Positions 22,294-33,312 of a DNA stretch of 64,000 nucleotides are shown here, piece after piece. The DNA lies in NCBI GenBank assembly GCA_034226945.1, contig CP120459.1, forward strand, positions 186,001 to 250,000. Direction: 5' to 3'. Both the position numbers and the translations under genes were made by a program. Within the stretch, counting starts at the first letter, position 1, and each line of letters opens with the position of its first letter. This stretch comes from Picochlorum sp. SENEW3. Taxonomy: Eukaryota. The notes beneath the pieces are model-generated. The model was not told where the DNA came from, searched no databases, and saw only the letters and a program-made list of their open reading frames with translations.

Positions 22294-23367
22294 CTATGAC
22301 TTTGCCTTCTTACCCACATTTGTATCATTCTCATCAGATTGTGATACGAATGGTCTTTTCCCAAACATACCTAGGATTGTCTTTTGATTTGTATTCAACA
22401 GCTTCTTCCTCAACATCCTCCACTCTTGCACAGGTTTTCTCTCTTCACAATCTGGAACTATATCAATATCAAGGAACAGTGCACAATGATCACTCAATTT
22501 GGCAGGGACTGTTGTACCAGGGACAATAGAGCACTGTTTCACCAGGGGCACCAGACCTGCCGTCACAAACACAAAATCTATTCGAACACCTCTATTATAC
22601 GCCCGAGCATTCGTTCGTTCATCAAAGCACGTATACGACGTATGCGCCATAGGGTGACGCCTGCGAAACACATCAGTAAACAATCCATCCTTTGTAAAGG
22701 CATGCAATGCCTGAATTTCACATTCTAAAAACGCCTTCTCCAACCCAATCGCTGGATGAACGTCTCGTGCATCAAAACATGCATTAAAATCACCCACAAG
22801 TATGACCTCTTTCTTCTCCTCCTCTACCAACTGCCGACAATGCTCCAACAACTGTTTCAAAAATTCCAACTTGTACCTCACCCGTTCCCCCTCCGTACAC
22901 TGCTCTGAACCATCACCGACGTTTGACTTTGACTTTTTACCCAACCCAGAATTCGGCACATATACATTTATCACGACACATGGACCTATATCCACAGACA
23001 GAAATCGCCCTTCCCCATCAACGGTTTCTGAAAGAGTATCCAACTGTACACAATGGGGACGAAACATCGGAGAGTCGAGAATCGTCGCCACCCCAGAATA
23101 TCCCCTTCTCTTACGACAGCATGCCCAATACGACTCGAAACCCTCATCGTCCATCACACAATTCTCCTTGGTCAACTTGTCCTCTGTCAACTTGACTTCT
23201 TGCAGACACAAAACAACTCCATCATCACTGTTTCCTTCACCCTGCCCCTTCGACGACGACAATTCGCTCACTATATGGTCTAAAAACCCTCTCACAGAGG
23301 TAAATCGCTCCTTTACCTTTTCACACGTGGGATTCCAACCATTGACATTCCAGCAGACAAGCTTCAT
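22294..23367 (-). CDS. APE2: AP endonuclease 2 (ExoIII/Xth family)
   Basis: WNVNG, LCLQEVK, GYSGVA, NVYVPN, GDFN, GVRIDF, SDHC; C-terminal PIP-box-like QKTILGMF. Confidence 0.85.
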   Translation of the reverse strand: MKLVCWNVNGWNPTCEKVKERFTSVRGFLDHIVSELSSSKGQGEGNSDDGVVLCLQEVKLTEDKLTKENCVMDDEGFESYWACCRKRRGYSGVATILDSPMFRPHCVQLDTLSETVDGEGRFLSVDIGPCVVINVYVPNSGLGKKSKSNVGDGSEQCTEGERVRYKLEFLKQLLEHCRQLVEEEKKEVILVGDFNACFDARDVHPAIGLEKAFLECEIQALHAFTKDGLFTDVFRRRHPMAHTSYTCFDERTNARAYNRGVRIDFVFVTAGLVPLVKQCSIVPGTTVPAKLSDHCALFLDIDIVPDCEERKPVQEWRMLRKKLLNTNQKTILGMFGKRPFVSQSDENDTNVGKKAKS

Positions 23368-23638
23368 ATCATGAATTCACGGGGTATTCGTCGTTGTAAT
23401 GCATAAATTACAAATATTTAACAATAGTGACATCCAAGAAGGAGGCATATACCAATATCCTAATCAAACAGCTGCGTCCAACCTCGTAGCAGTGTTTGAC
23501 ATTTTGAAATTGTTTTTAATTCCGATTTCGGTATAATAGAAATTCCGACCAGCTGCAATCGACATGCTCATATCCCGTGTACATGGCCTTGCTCTCAGCA
23601 GTATATCAAATTAAAAGTATTCTAGGATACTATAACGA

Positions 23639-24043
23639 ATGGTTCAGCAGAAAAGAGGACGTGGAGGCCGAGGGCGTGGTCGCGGAAGGTCTTCCGCATC
23701 AGGGGGTGGAGGACAAGCGAAATATGTCATTGTGAAGAAAGTAGGGGCTGGCGGAGGCCGTACACCGAATAAACGTGGTAGAGGAGGAGGGGTGAGCAAG
23801 GCAAAGACTCCGGTGAAGGGTGGAGCGAGGGGACGAGGGGGAAGGCGAGGTGGCCCCAAGCGGGGAGGACGTGGGGGCAGAGGGGGACAGCGCCAAAAGC
23901 CTAAAACTGCCGAGCAATTGGATGCTGAGATGGACGATTACTTTATGAAGGATGAGAAGACGGCTGCGCAGAAGCTTAATACGGATTTGGATGATTACTG
24001 GAAGAACAAGCCAGCCGAAGAAGAGCAACCCATGGCAGAGTAA
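23639..24043 (+). CDS. RGG-rich protein with FoP/CHTOP C-terminal duplication (mRNA export adaptor-like)
   Basis: RGG repeats followed by KTAEQLDAEMDDYF...KLNTDLDDYW. Confidence 0.8.
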   Translation: MVQQKRGRGGRGRGRGRSSASGGGGQAKYVIVKKVGAGGGRTPNKRGRGGGVSKAKTPVKGGARGRGGRRGGPKRGGRGGRGGQRQKPKTAEQLDAEMDDYFMKDEKTAAQKLNTDLDDYWKNKPAEEEQPMAE

Positions 24044-24163
24044 AAAATGACAAGGTCACTATCTTTCTTTTGTATTCATGCGATCGCGCACAGATGGATG
24101 TGGGCGTCGTTCTCTTGATTGTAAACAGAAATTCATTAATTCAAGTAAAGAAAAGAGGATTCA

Positions 24164-27100
24164 TCAGGAGGTGGCAGCGGGTTTCTTTTGGGCAGCAACT
24201 TGTTGTTGTTGCTCTGCTGGATTCCGTGGTTCAAACTGAGTCACATAGCAATTGTAGATGCAGTTTCTCCTGATTTGTGCCATGAGCTCAAGGAAGAGCT
24301 GGTACGCTTCAAGTTTGTATTCCACCAGAGGGTCTCTTTGAGCGTAGCCTCGAAGTGATACAGCTTGTTGGAGGAATTTGATTGCCTGGAGGTGCTCCTT
24401 CCAGAGATTGTCTGTTTGTGCCAAGACAAAGAATCTGCACGCCTTGGCCATCAAACCGGCTTCAAGGGCATCCACCTCCTCCTTCTTTTGATAATATGCA
24501 TCTACGCTGCGTTTCTTGAGATACTCTCTGAGTTTCTCGTAATCTCCATTGCTTACTTGAGTGAGGGACTCGGCAGTGAGATCATCCATCATTGGACAGT
24601 ACTGCTTCATTTTGGATGCAAGAGCTTCCAAAGGCCATTCCTCCGGTGGAATATTGTCTGGAACATTGGCTTCCAGGATATCATCCACTGTCAGCTCTGC
24701 ATAATCCACCATGAGAGGGCTCAAATCTTCTGCTTCAAGGGCGGCACGCCTGTCGGCATACACTCTATCCCTTTGTGTGTTGAGCACCTGGTCGTATTCA
24801 AACAATTGTTTCCTGATATCATAAAAGTAGGATTCGACCTTGCGTTGAGCCTCGTCGAGTGCATTTGTCAGCATGTTTGACTCGATTGGTAAATCGTCGA
24901 TTTGGAATGCAGCCATCATGCCTTGAATCTTGTCACCGCCAAAGATTCTGAACAAGTTGTCCTCAAGGGACAAGAAATATCGTGTTGACCCTGGATCTCC
25001 CTGTCGTCCACTTCTTCCTCGAAGCTGCATTCATATGTATATTGATGAGTATTGGTTCACAATATGCACGAGTGAATATAATGCATGTAGGCTGGTACTA
25101 TTGGTCAGGTGCAATATGTTTGTAATCACAGTTGGGAGACGAGTCTCCCTCAGGGATTGTTCACCACTGGCACAGACATCATTCCAATTCTCCATACATA
25201 AAATGAGATGAAAATACTAAAACTCACCTGGTTGTCGATACGTCTTGATTCGTGCCTTTCTGTTCCAACAACATGCAGACCACCCAGATTCTGGACTTCT
25301 GCCTTCTCCTCATCTGTCACCTTTTTAAAGTCAGCTTCAATCGCCAAAAATGCCTCTCTGATCTTCTGAACCACTGGGTCGGAGGTTGGAGCTTTCTCGC
25401 AGGCAAAGGCAAGGCGTTCCTCGGCATCCAACTCGGCCAACTGACCGGCTCCCCAGGTCTCTACAGCCAAATCAACAGCTGCTTTGGCACATGCCAAACT
25501 TTCCTTGCTCACATCGCATGGGAAAATTTTTGGATTCACGTTCCACGAGTTCACAGTCAGTGGCTTCAGTCGACGAGTTTCTTCTTGGTCTACCAAATTC
25601 ACCACCTTTGGCAGGAGCATTTCCCGCAGCTTGAGCCTGGCCATGAATTCTGGATTTCCACCCAAGAGGATATCAGTACCACGTCCAGCCATATTCGTTG
25701 CAATGGTTACTGCTCCCTTACGCCCACTCTGAGCTACGATTTCACTCTCCCTTTCAACATTTTCTGGCTTTGCATTCAATACTTCGAAAGGAATGCCCGC
25801 GTCTTGAAGCAACGAGCACACGATTTCACTCTTCTCCACACTCGTTGTACCTACCAGAACAGGACGTCCTGTCTTGTGCATTCTCGTAATCTCCTGCACC
25901 ACCGCATTCCATTTCCCAGTTTCGCTTTTGAAGACCACATCTGGGTTATCCACGCGAGATACTGTTCTATTCGTTGGGACCACAGCAACAGGCAGGTTGT
26001 AAATATTGGCAAACTCTGCAGACTCTGTCGATGCAGTCCCCGTCATACCTCCAAGCTTTGGGTACGTTCTGAACAGATTCTGATACGAAATAGAAGCCAA
26101 TGTAATACTCTCATTCTGAATTTGAAGCCCCTCTTTTGCTTCGATGGCTTGATGCAATCCGTCGCTCCAGCGTCTTCCAGGCATGGTTCTGCCAGTAAAC
26201 TCATCCACAATCACCACTTCTCCTCCCTTTGTAATATACGACACATCCTTGAGGAACAACTCCTTTGCTTTAATAGCATTGATCAAGAAGGAAGCCCACT
26301 GCTCCCTTGGGTCGTACAAATCCACCACTTGCAACACATCTTCTGCTGCCTCATACCCATCCTCTGTCAAGAGCACATTTCTCTGCTTCTCATCCACAGT
26401 ATAATGCACGTCCTTCACCAACACGGACGCAATCTTATCCGCTTTCATGTATTTTTCAGAAGGCTTCTCCGCCGATCCAGAAATAATGAGGGGCGTCCTC
26501 GCTTCATCAATAAGAATACTGTCCACCTCATCAATCACACAGAAATTAAATCCAGTTGACCGCAGCACCAACTCCTCTGGCTCCTGAGCCAAATTATCCC
26601 TCAAATAATCAAATCCAAGCTCTGAGTTTGTCACATACGTAATATCAGCCGCATATGCAGCCCGACGCTGCTTCTCATTCAACCCTTGCTGGACCAGGCC
26701 AACATCCAAGCCCAAAAACCTGTGCACCTGCCCAACCCACTCACTGTCTCTCCTTGCAAGGTAGTCATTCACAGTCACCACATGAACCCCCTTTCCAGAC
26801 AAGGCATTTAAATAAGAAGGCAACGTTGCCACCAAGGTCTTTCCTTCACCAGTTCTCATCTCTGCAATCTGCCCCTCGTGCAAAATCATCCCTCCAATCA
26901 GCTGAACGTCAAAAGGACGAAGACCAAGCACTCGCTTCGATGCTTCCCTCACCACAGCAAATGTCTCATTCAGAAGACTATCCAGAGCCTCGCCATTCTG
27001 GACACGCTTCTTAAACTCTACAGTCTTCTCACGCAGTTCCTCATCGCTCAAAGCCTGGATATCCTTCTCCAAGGCGTTGATAGCGTCCACTCGTTCTTGA

Positions 27101-27384
27101 TACTTCCCTCTCGTCTTTTCCGCTGGATCCTGTGAGAATATATCAGTAAGACCTTTGAATACCTTGGTAACTGTGGCCGTAGATTGCAAATTCCTTCCAG
27201 TCTGGTGACGCATTCTTCCCACATGTCCACCGAGTGCCATGGCACTGCCGCCAGCATCACGGCCTAGTACCCCACGATTGGACTCTCGAGACAAGGATTG
27301 TCTTCTATTTTGGCTATTTGATTGACAGTATCGGGCAACACACACAGCATTGGCTGTTCCGTGGAGGTGCTGCTGTCCAAGCAT
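24164..27384 (-). CDS. SECA1: Chloroplast preprotein translocase SecA
   Basis: [71 protein letters not shown] across intron 25227-25025; probable ATG 27384. Confidence 0.96.
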
Positions 27385-27904
27385 TTTGGTCTGTATTATT
27401 CTTATCTGTCGTATTTGAATAGTCCCAAACAATACTGTTATGAAAAAGATATCAATTGAAAATGGATTTTGGGGATTAACTGCTGCTACTTAATGCCACA
27501 TTATGGCTCTCCAGCAGGAATCGTCATCCCTTCCTGCTGCTGTACTCCACACACATCTGTGGATCCAGTTGCCAACCTACCAATGTGGCTGAGATATATA
27601 TCTATACAAAGGGTACAAGGTCTGATCTCCGACCAGGGAATTCATATCACACGATTCTTTACAGATGTGCATAGAGGGAGAGGCTCATTCATCGAGTCTA
27701 TGAGAACTTGTTCAGACCATGTTGACTATTGCCACAGTACACACCAGCAATGTGTGTCAGGGCAACGGATTCAAGCAACGATCAAGTTCAAGCGCGTAAT
27801 ATGTGTACCAAAAAATGTAAAATACAGATATTGTGAAGAACATATTCGAGATAATGCGACGTAGACTCTTTCAAACAGACACAGCGACTGCCATTCTGGG
27901 CAGT

Positions 27905-28660
27905 TCAGCGTAAGGCCCAGGTACACAACAACAGGGTACCCAGAGTAACCATCCCATACGTGGCGTGGCTGCCCCTCGAGCTTCTCAGTGAGCCTTCCGA
28001 CAACTGGGGATCGAATTCTTCGCGTAGAATAACGCCATCTCCGTTTGAATCTATACCCTCCACTGACACATTCAGGCTCTGCAGAGCCTTCATGGCTTCA
28101 TCCCCAGAGCCCAGAACACCATCACCAGTGGATTCGAGGCAGTCAAAATAAGCCCCTATCTGTGCAGGAGAGGTCAGGCTGGAGGTATTGTATCGCTTCA
28201 CCATGGCTTGCTGGCACTTCCCAATGGCATTGAGGTCACTGTCCTCCGATAAGGCACGCCTGAGGTTTTGAACCTTTGCATTCCGTGGAACACATGTCCT
28301 GCCTGTCCCAGGTTTATAGCACTCACAGTCGGGGGAATTCTGTCTTCCCTCTTCGGCAGCAGGAATGTCCGAGTACCATTTTGGTCCAAATGATTCACAC
28401 GTGACGGCGTCACCCAGGGATCCAATGCACCCACCGTCACAGTCACAGCCAAACACGTTGCAGGAACCTTGGCTGCAATACGACCCGACCCTACTTTGTC
28501 CATTTCGGCAGACAGATACCCTCCAAAGGCTACAATCATCGCGAATATTATAACAAGTTAGAAGGTATCCATCGCTGTCCCAGCAGCAAGCTGCTCGAGA
28601 TACCGCAAGCACCGCGAGCAAGGATAACAGCGAGTACCAGGCCATAAGACTGGTGTGCAT
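27905..28660 (-). CDS. Secreted Cys-rich Diedel-like domain + EF-hand protein with hydrophobic C-terminus
   Basis: Signal peptide, CC...VCRNGQSRVGSYCSQGSCNVFGCDCDGGC, EF loop DSNGDGVILREE, C-terminal MVTLGTLLLCTWAL; intronless. Confidence 0.75.
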   Translation of the reverse strand: MHTSLMAWYSLLSLLAVLAVSRAACCWDSDGYLLTCYNIRDDCSLWRVSVCRNGQSRVGSYCSQGSCNVFGCDCDGGCIGSLGDAVTCESFGPKWYSDIPAAEEGRQNSPDCECYKPGTGRTCVPRNAKVQNLRRALSEDSDLNAIGKCQQAMVKRYNTSSLTSPAQIGAYFDCLESTGDGVLGSGDEAMKALQSLNVSVEGIDSNGDGVILREEFDPQLSEGSLRSSRGSHATYGMVTLGTLLLCTWALR

Positions 28661-28784
28661 CTCCTCCACGAAGGTCAATATCGAATCTTTCTTGTATGAT
28701 ATATCAGATGAGTAGGGGATGTGTGAAACCCTTGTGACATTGCCCGTACTGGCTCCAATTACTCATGTGTAGTAGTTAACGTTT

Positions 28785-28985
28785 CCACGTAACCTTACGT
28801 GGGGCCCTATCGATGGGATATCCCGACCGGGATGAACGCGGTCTCCCCGTATGGGGATCGTTTGTGGCGTGCCCAGAACCATGTGGGCATCCCACAAAGG
28901 TTCGACGGAACAATGGTCGACCAGCGATGGCATCCTTGCTGTGTCTTAAAGATATCTGAATGACTTTCAGAACGCAGTTATTGCG
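28785..28985. repeat. Dense chain of overlapping inverted repeats in bidirectional promoter
   Basis: CCACGTAA-cc-TTACGTGG, GGGCCC, GGGATATCCC, ATCCCG-ac-CGGGAT, TCCCC-gtat-GGGGA, TTTGTGG..TGCCCA/TGGGCA..CCACAAA, TGGTCGACCA, TCTGAA/TTCAGA. Confidence 0.88.
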
Positions 28986-29249
28986 ATCTGGTATAAAATG
29001 GTGATTTGCGCATGATATTTTTTGCCATGTGCATGTTCCGTTGAGACAGGGCGGGTCTTGCCTATTCGTGACTCGATTTCTATCAAGACGTCTGCATACA
29101 TCGATTGCACACAAAACAAGTATAGTATAGGGATTTATTTTCTAAAATTTTATATATATACGACAGAGAAGACGAGAGTCGCTTGTCTGGGACAGTGACC
29201 GACATTTACAGAGAAGGACTCTCTCTGCCTTCCAAGCACAGCAAGCAAT

Positions 29250-31691
29250 ATGCTGGAGGAGAGCAGGTGTGGCGTTGGTGCATGGGCTTCACGTATCGCG
29301 TTACTCTTCTATCTCTTGATTCTTCTATCAATCTCTGGAGTATGTGTCGGGCACACCGCGGCAGAGTTGGATGATGGCCATGGTGCTATGGAAGATGTAC
29401 ACGTGTACAGCAGGAGGAGGTTGGAACAGCGTTCTGGTTCCATCAAGAAGGACACGTGTAAATTTGATGTAGCGTACACTATTTCATCTATAACCAGATC
29501 AAAATTTGATGCGACAATAATTGTGGAGAATAACAGAGAGGTAGCTAGCCCATTACAGCTGGTGTATCGGTATCCTGATGCAGACAGGGTGGATTTGGAG
29601 TTTGTCACAGGCGGGGTGCTTGTGTCAAAGAGCAATGGTACTCTGGTTCCTATACGGATTAAGACGCTCGATTCAGTGTCATCGAATCAAGATGTGGACA
29701 TTGGCTCATCTGTGAAATTTATCAACTTGAATGGAGGGAATGGACCCTCGCCCTACACGAGTCTTGCGATTCAGGATTTGAATGTGAATGGTGTTCAGTG
29801 TGAGGCTTTGAGAGGAAAAACGCTGGCGTATAGCAAATGTTATGATGCTATATCATTCTTTCAATCGTTCAATGGAAGGCCTCCGCCGACGAATGCTGGT
29901 ATTGAGGAATGCTCCATGAGCTTTTGCTGTGGCATGGTGAGTATGCCAGAGATGAATGTAGTAGAGGCGGTGCCCGTGCCCGAGCCTGCTGTGGAGAATA
30001 CCACTGCATCCACAGGAGATACTGGGAAGGTTGTGTCTGATGATACTGGGGAGCAGCAGGACGCTGCTGCAGGGGCCGAGGAAGAACAGAAAGTGTCTGA
30101 GGAGGACAAGAAGCCCAACCAGAAGGAAGACAAGGAGCAGCAAGCAAGCGATATTCCTCCTGCGGAGCCTGCATCGACATTAAACGAACAGCAAGATACA
30201 ACAGGAATTCAAGAGAGCTCCGACGGGGGATCAGGTAATTCGACTGCTCTCATTGGTGCTGCTGTTGGAATTGCTGTGGCCCTAGCAGCTATTGTGGTCA
30301 TCTCATTCTTTGTTATCCGAGCAAGAAGAAATAGAAGAGTTCAGGATCAAAATCAACCAAGTACAGATGGAAGTGGATCAAGAAGACCCCAAGAGTCGAG
30401 GCACCAATTGTCATTAAAGTCCACCAATACAACTGTGCGGAGTGGATCCAGCATGTTTAGTAGGGGAGCCTCAATTCCACTCACTGGCGGAAGATCTGTT
30501 CGCATCCCATCCGTGGCACAGAAATCAGCTGCAACAACAACGACAAATGTACGTGTATATAGTGATGATGTAGTCACGCAGGCCTAACTGTCTAACGTGT
30601 CTTTTATATATATTCCTCTTCTGCAGGGATGCTCAACATGCACAACCTCAACCCCCAACGAGATTGATGAGGACCAGATACTCACACCCATCGATACTTT
30701 ACCGGACGATCTTCCTGAGGATGTTATTCTTCACGAACAGCTTGGTGCAGGTGCATTTGGAACAGTGTTCAAGGGTGAGTGGGGTGGACACACTGTTGCC
30801 GTCAAAGTGTTGCAGACAGCATACACATCAAATAGCAGAGAACTGGATTCATTCAGGCAAGAAATAGCAGTACTGTCTGGTTTACGGCATCCTAATATAA
30901 TAGCATTCTTAGCAGCATGCACAATCCCTCCAGATATTTGCATCATTGAAGAGTTGGCCGAAAATGGATCATTACACGGGAGGCTCCATGGACCATCAGG
31001 ATCCTCCAATAGATGCCGCCCAATGCCAATCAGGGAGGTCATTCAGGTCGCGATAGATGTAGCACAAGCAATGGTTTACTTACATCCTAACATTGTTCAT
31101 AGAGATTTGAAATCGCAGAATGTGCTGCTCGATGCCGATGGTAGGGCAAAAGTATGTGACTTTGGCATTGCCAAGTTCAAAGACAGGACCTTTGTCAGCA
31201 CAGTGAATGGACAGGCTGGCACACCTGCGTACATGGCTCCTGAGTTGTTTGATGGAGTCAACGCCACGGAAAAGGTGGACGTGTATTCCTTTGCCATCCT
31301 GTTATGGGAGTGTTTGACAGGCAAAGTTCCTTGGGGACACGTACCTAGCCCAATGCAAATCATTTACTATGTCGGCGTTCTTAATCAGAGACCGAAAATG
31401 CCTTCTGCTGTACCTGAAGATATCAAATCGCTCATACAAGAATGCTGGACGAGTAACCCGAAGGATAGACCAAGTTTTGAGGATATTTTGGCCAGGCTCT
31501 TGCCAATGAAATGTGCCATGTCAAGCGATGACACAGTGATGACACTGCCGTGCAAAGACGAGGAACTCTCTCAATCGAGTGCGTCCTCCAGGAAATCGTC
31601 TGAACAACTCAGTGACAGTGTAGTCGCAGAGGCCAAGAAAATTCGCACGCATCCTCTGCCAGCATCACCATCCAATGATAACACATTTTGA
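29250..31691 (+). CDS. Single-pass receptor-like TKL kinase with CBM2-like ectodomain
   Basis: Signal/anchor, Cys-bracketed beta-rich ectodomain, acidic stalk, TM ALIGAAVGIAVALAAIVVISFFVI, intron 30549-30626 (phase 0), kinase LGAGAFGTVF, AVK, HRDLKSQN, DFG, GTPAYMAPE. Confidence 0.85.
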
Positions 31692-31792
31692 ATTTGATCG
31701 GTTCTCATGTATATATAGCAGTACTCTTTCATCACACTGTAACAATTTTATATATTGTGTATATAAAGGGTGTAGAGATCATTAAGGGAGCA

Positions 31793-33294
31793 ATGCATCA
31801 GAATAGCCTTCAATCGATACCAAGTGGCATGTGCATGGGCTTTCCCTGTCATCGAGCACGTACCCACATGGCATATAACAGGGAAACCCGGCTGTACGCA
31901 TTACTAGGTATTGATTTAGGGACTACAAATTCATCTGTAGCGATAATAGGACAGAGTGGGCCCCGGGTGATACCTGATATGGAAGGGCGAACGTCTGTGC
32001 CTTCAGAAGTGCTGGTTGAAACCCACGTACGTGAATGGTATCTGGCAAATTTAACCATGTTTTCAAGTCTTCATAGGTTACTTGCTTCTTGTAGACCCAT
32101 ATTAGTGATACGCAACCTCGGATGCGCGTGAAAGGCAGTCATGCTGAGAGCCATACCAACAGTGCCACCCACCAGACCACCATCTTGTATTCATTCAAGC
32201 GGATCATTGGGTTGAGGTATGATGAGATTCTAAAAGCGGTGAGAGATCAGTTGGACTATACTATTGTTTCAGATCCTGAGGAGGACTTTTGTCTGGTTTC
32301 CTGCTCTTCGAGCGAATGTCTCATTTCCCCGATCACATTATCTGCTGTGGTTGTGGAGCATCTCATCACATCCTCCAGACTCCACCTTGACCCGGGAGAG
32401 TCTATTGATGGTGCTGTCGTTGCAGTGCCTGCTCACTTCTCTGCATCACAAAAAGAAGCCACCATTCGGGCTACAGAGGCTGCTGGAGTTGACAAAGTAC
32501 ATTTACTTCAAGAACCTGTGGCAGCTGCTCTAGCGTACGGTATCGATGGAGGGACGGATGGAGAGACTGTGCTCGTGTTTGATTGGGGCGGTGGCACTTT
32601 TGATGTATCAGTACTCCAGGCGTTTGAAGGTATCATGGAGATTCTGGGTACTGATGGAAATCAATTCCTTGGTGGAGATGACATGGATGAGCTCCTTGTG
32701 AGACATGTTGCTTCTCAGTGTCCTGATACCATCCAATCCGATCATTTTGATCTGTACCGACGATGTCGAGCTGCGAAAGAACAACTCGCCATACATTCAA
32801 CAGCAGAGATTATTTTAGATGCAAATAATCGCATAGAATTATCAAGGGACACGCTTGAAACAATATGCAGACCACTTTTTGAAAAACTGGCGCATGTGTT
32901 ACAGAGGATTGGAAAAGATTTATTTATTGAATGGGAGACTGATCCGTTTTTGGCGATTGATTCGGATACCTCAGCAGAAGACCCTTGTACTTCTGAAGGA
33001 AAACAGAATGGGAATCCTCATGATGATGACCCATGGGCAGCGCCACCCAGGAAGATTAGCAAAGTTGTTCTTGTGGGCCAGATCACTCGCCTGAAAATGG
33101 TCTCAGACTACATCCGACGAATCACAGGTGTCGAACCATGTTCTTCTGTTGATCCAGGTGAAGCAGTTGCCCTCGGCGCGGCTACACAGGCTGGCATTCT
33201 TGAAGGATCTGTTGGCGGTGTTGAACTCATGGATGGCTCGTATTCAATTGATTTACATGATAGAACAACTGGGTTTTCCAACTGGCAGCCATAA
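31793..33294 (+). CDS. Atypical Hsp70 (nucleotide-binding domain only)
   Basis: GIDLGTTNS, VVAVPAHF, LLQEPVAAALAYG, VFDWGGGTFDVSVL, LGGDDMD, DPGEAVALGAA. Intron from 32027 (acceptor 32076 or 32094). Ends before any substrate-binding domain. Confidence 0.82.
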
Positions 33295-33312
33295 ATACAC
33301 ATCTATATATTT

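Noticed and set aside
25252..26559. 435-aa plus-strand ORF
   Set aside because: Antisense shadow of SecA1; no motifs, composition typical of reverse-strand codons.
27469..27864. 131-aa plus-strand ORF between SecA1 and the Diedel-like gene
   Set aside because: Non-ATG start and no motifs; more likely promoter and UTR sequence.
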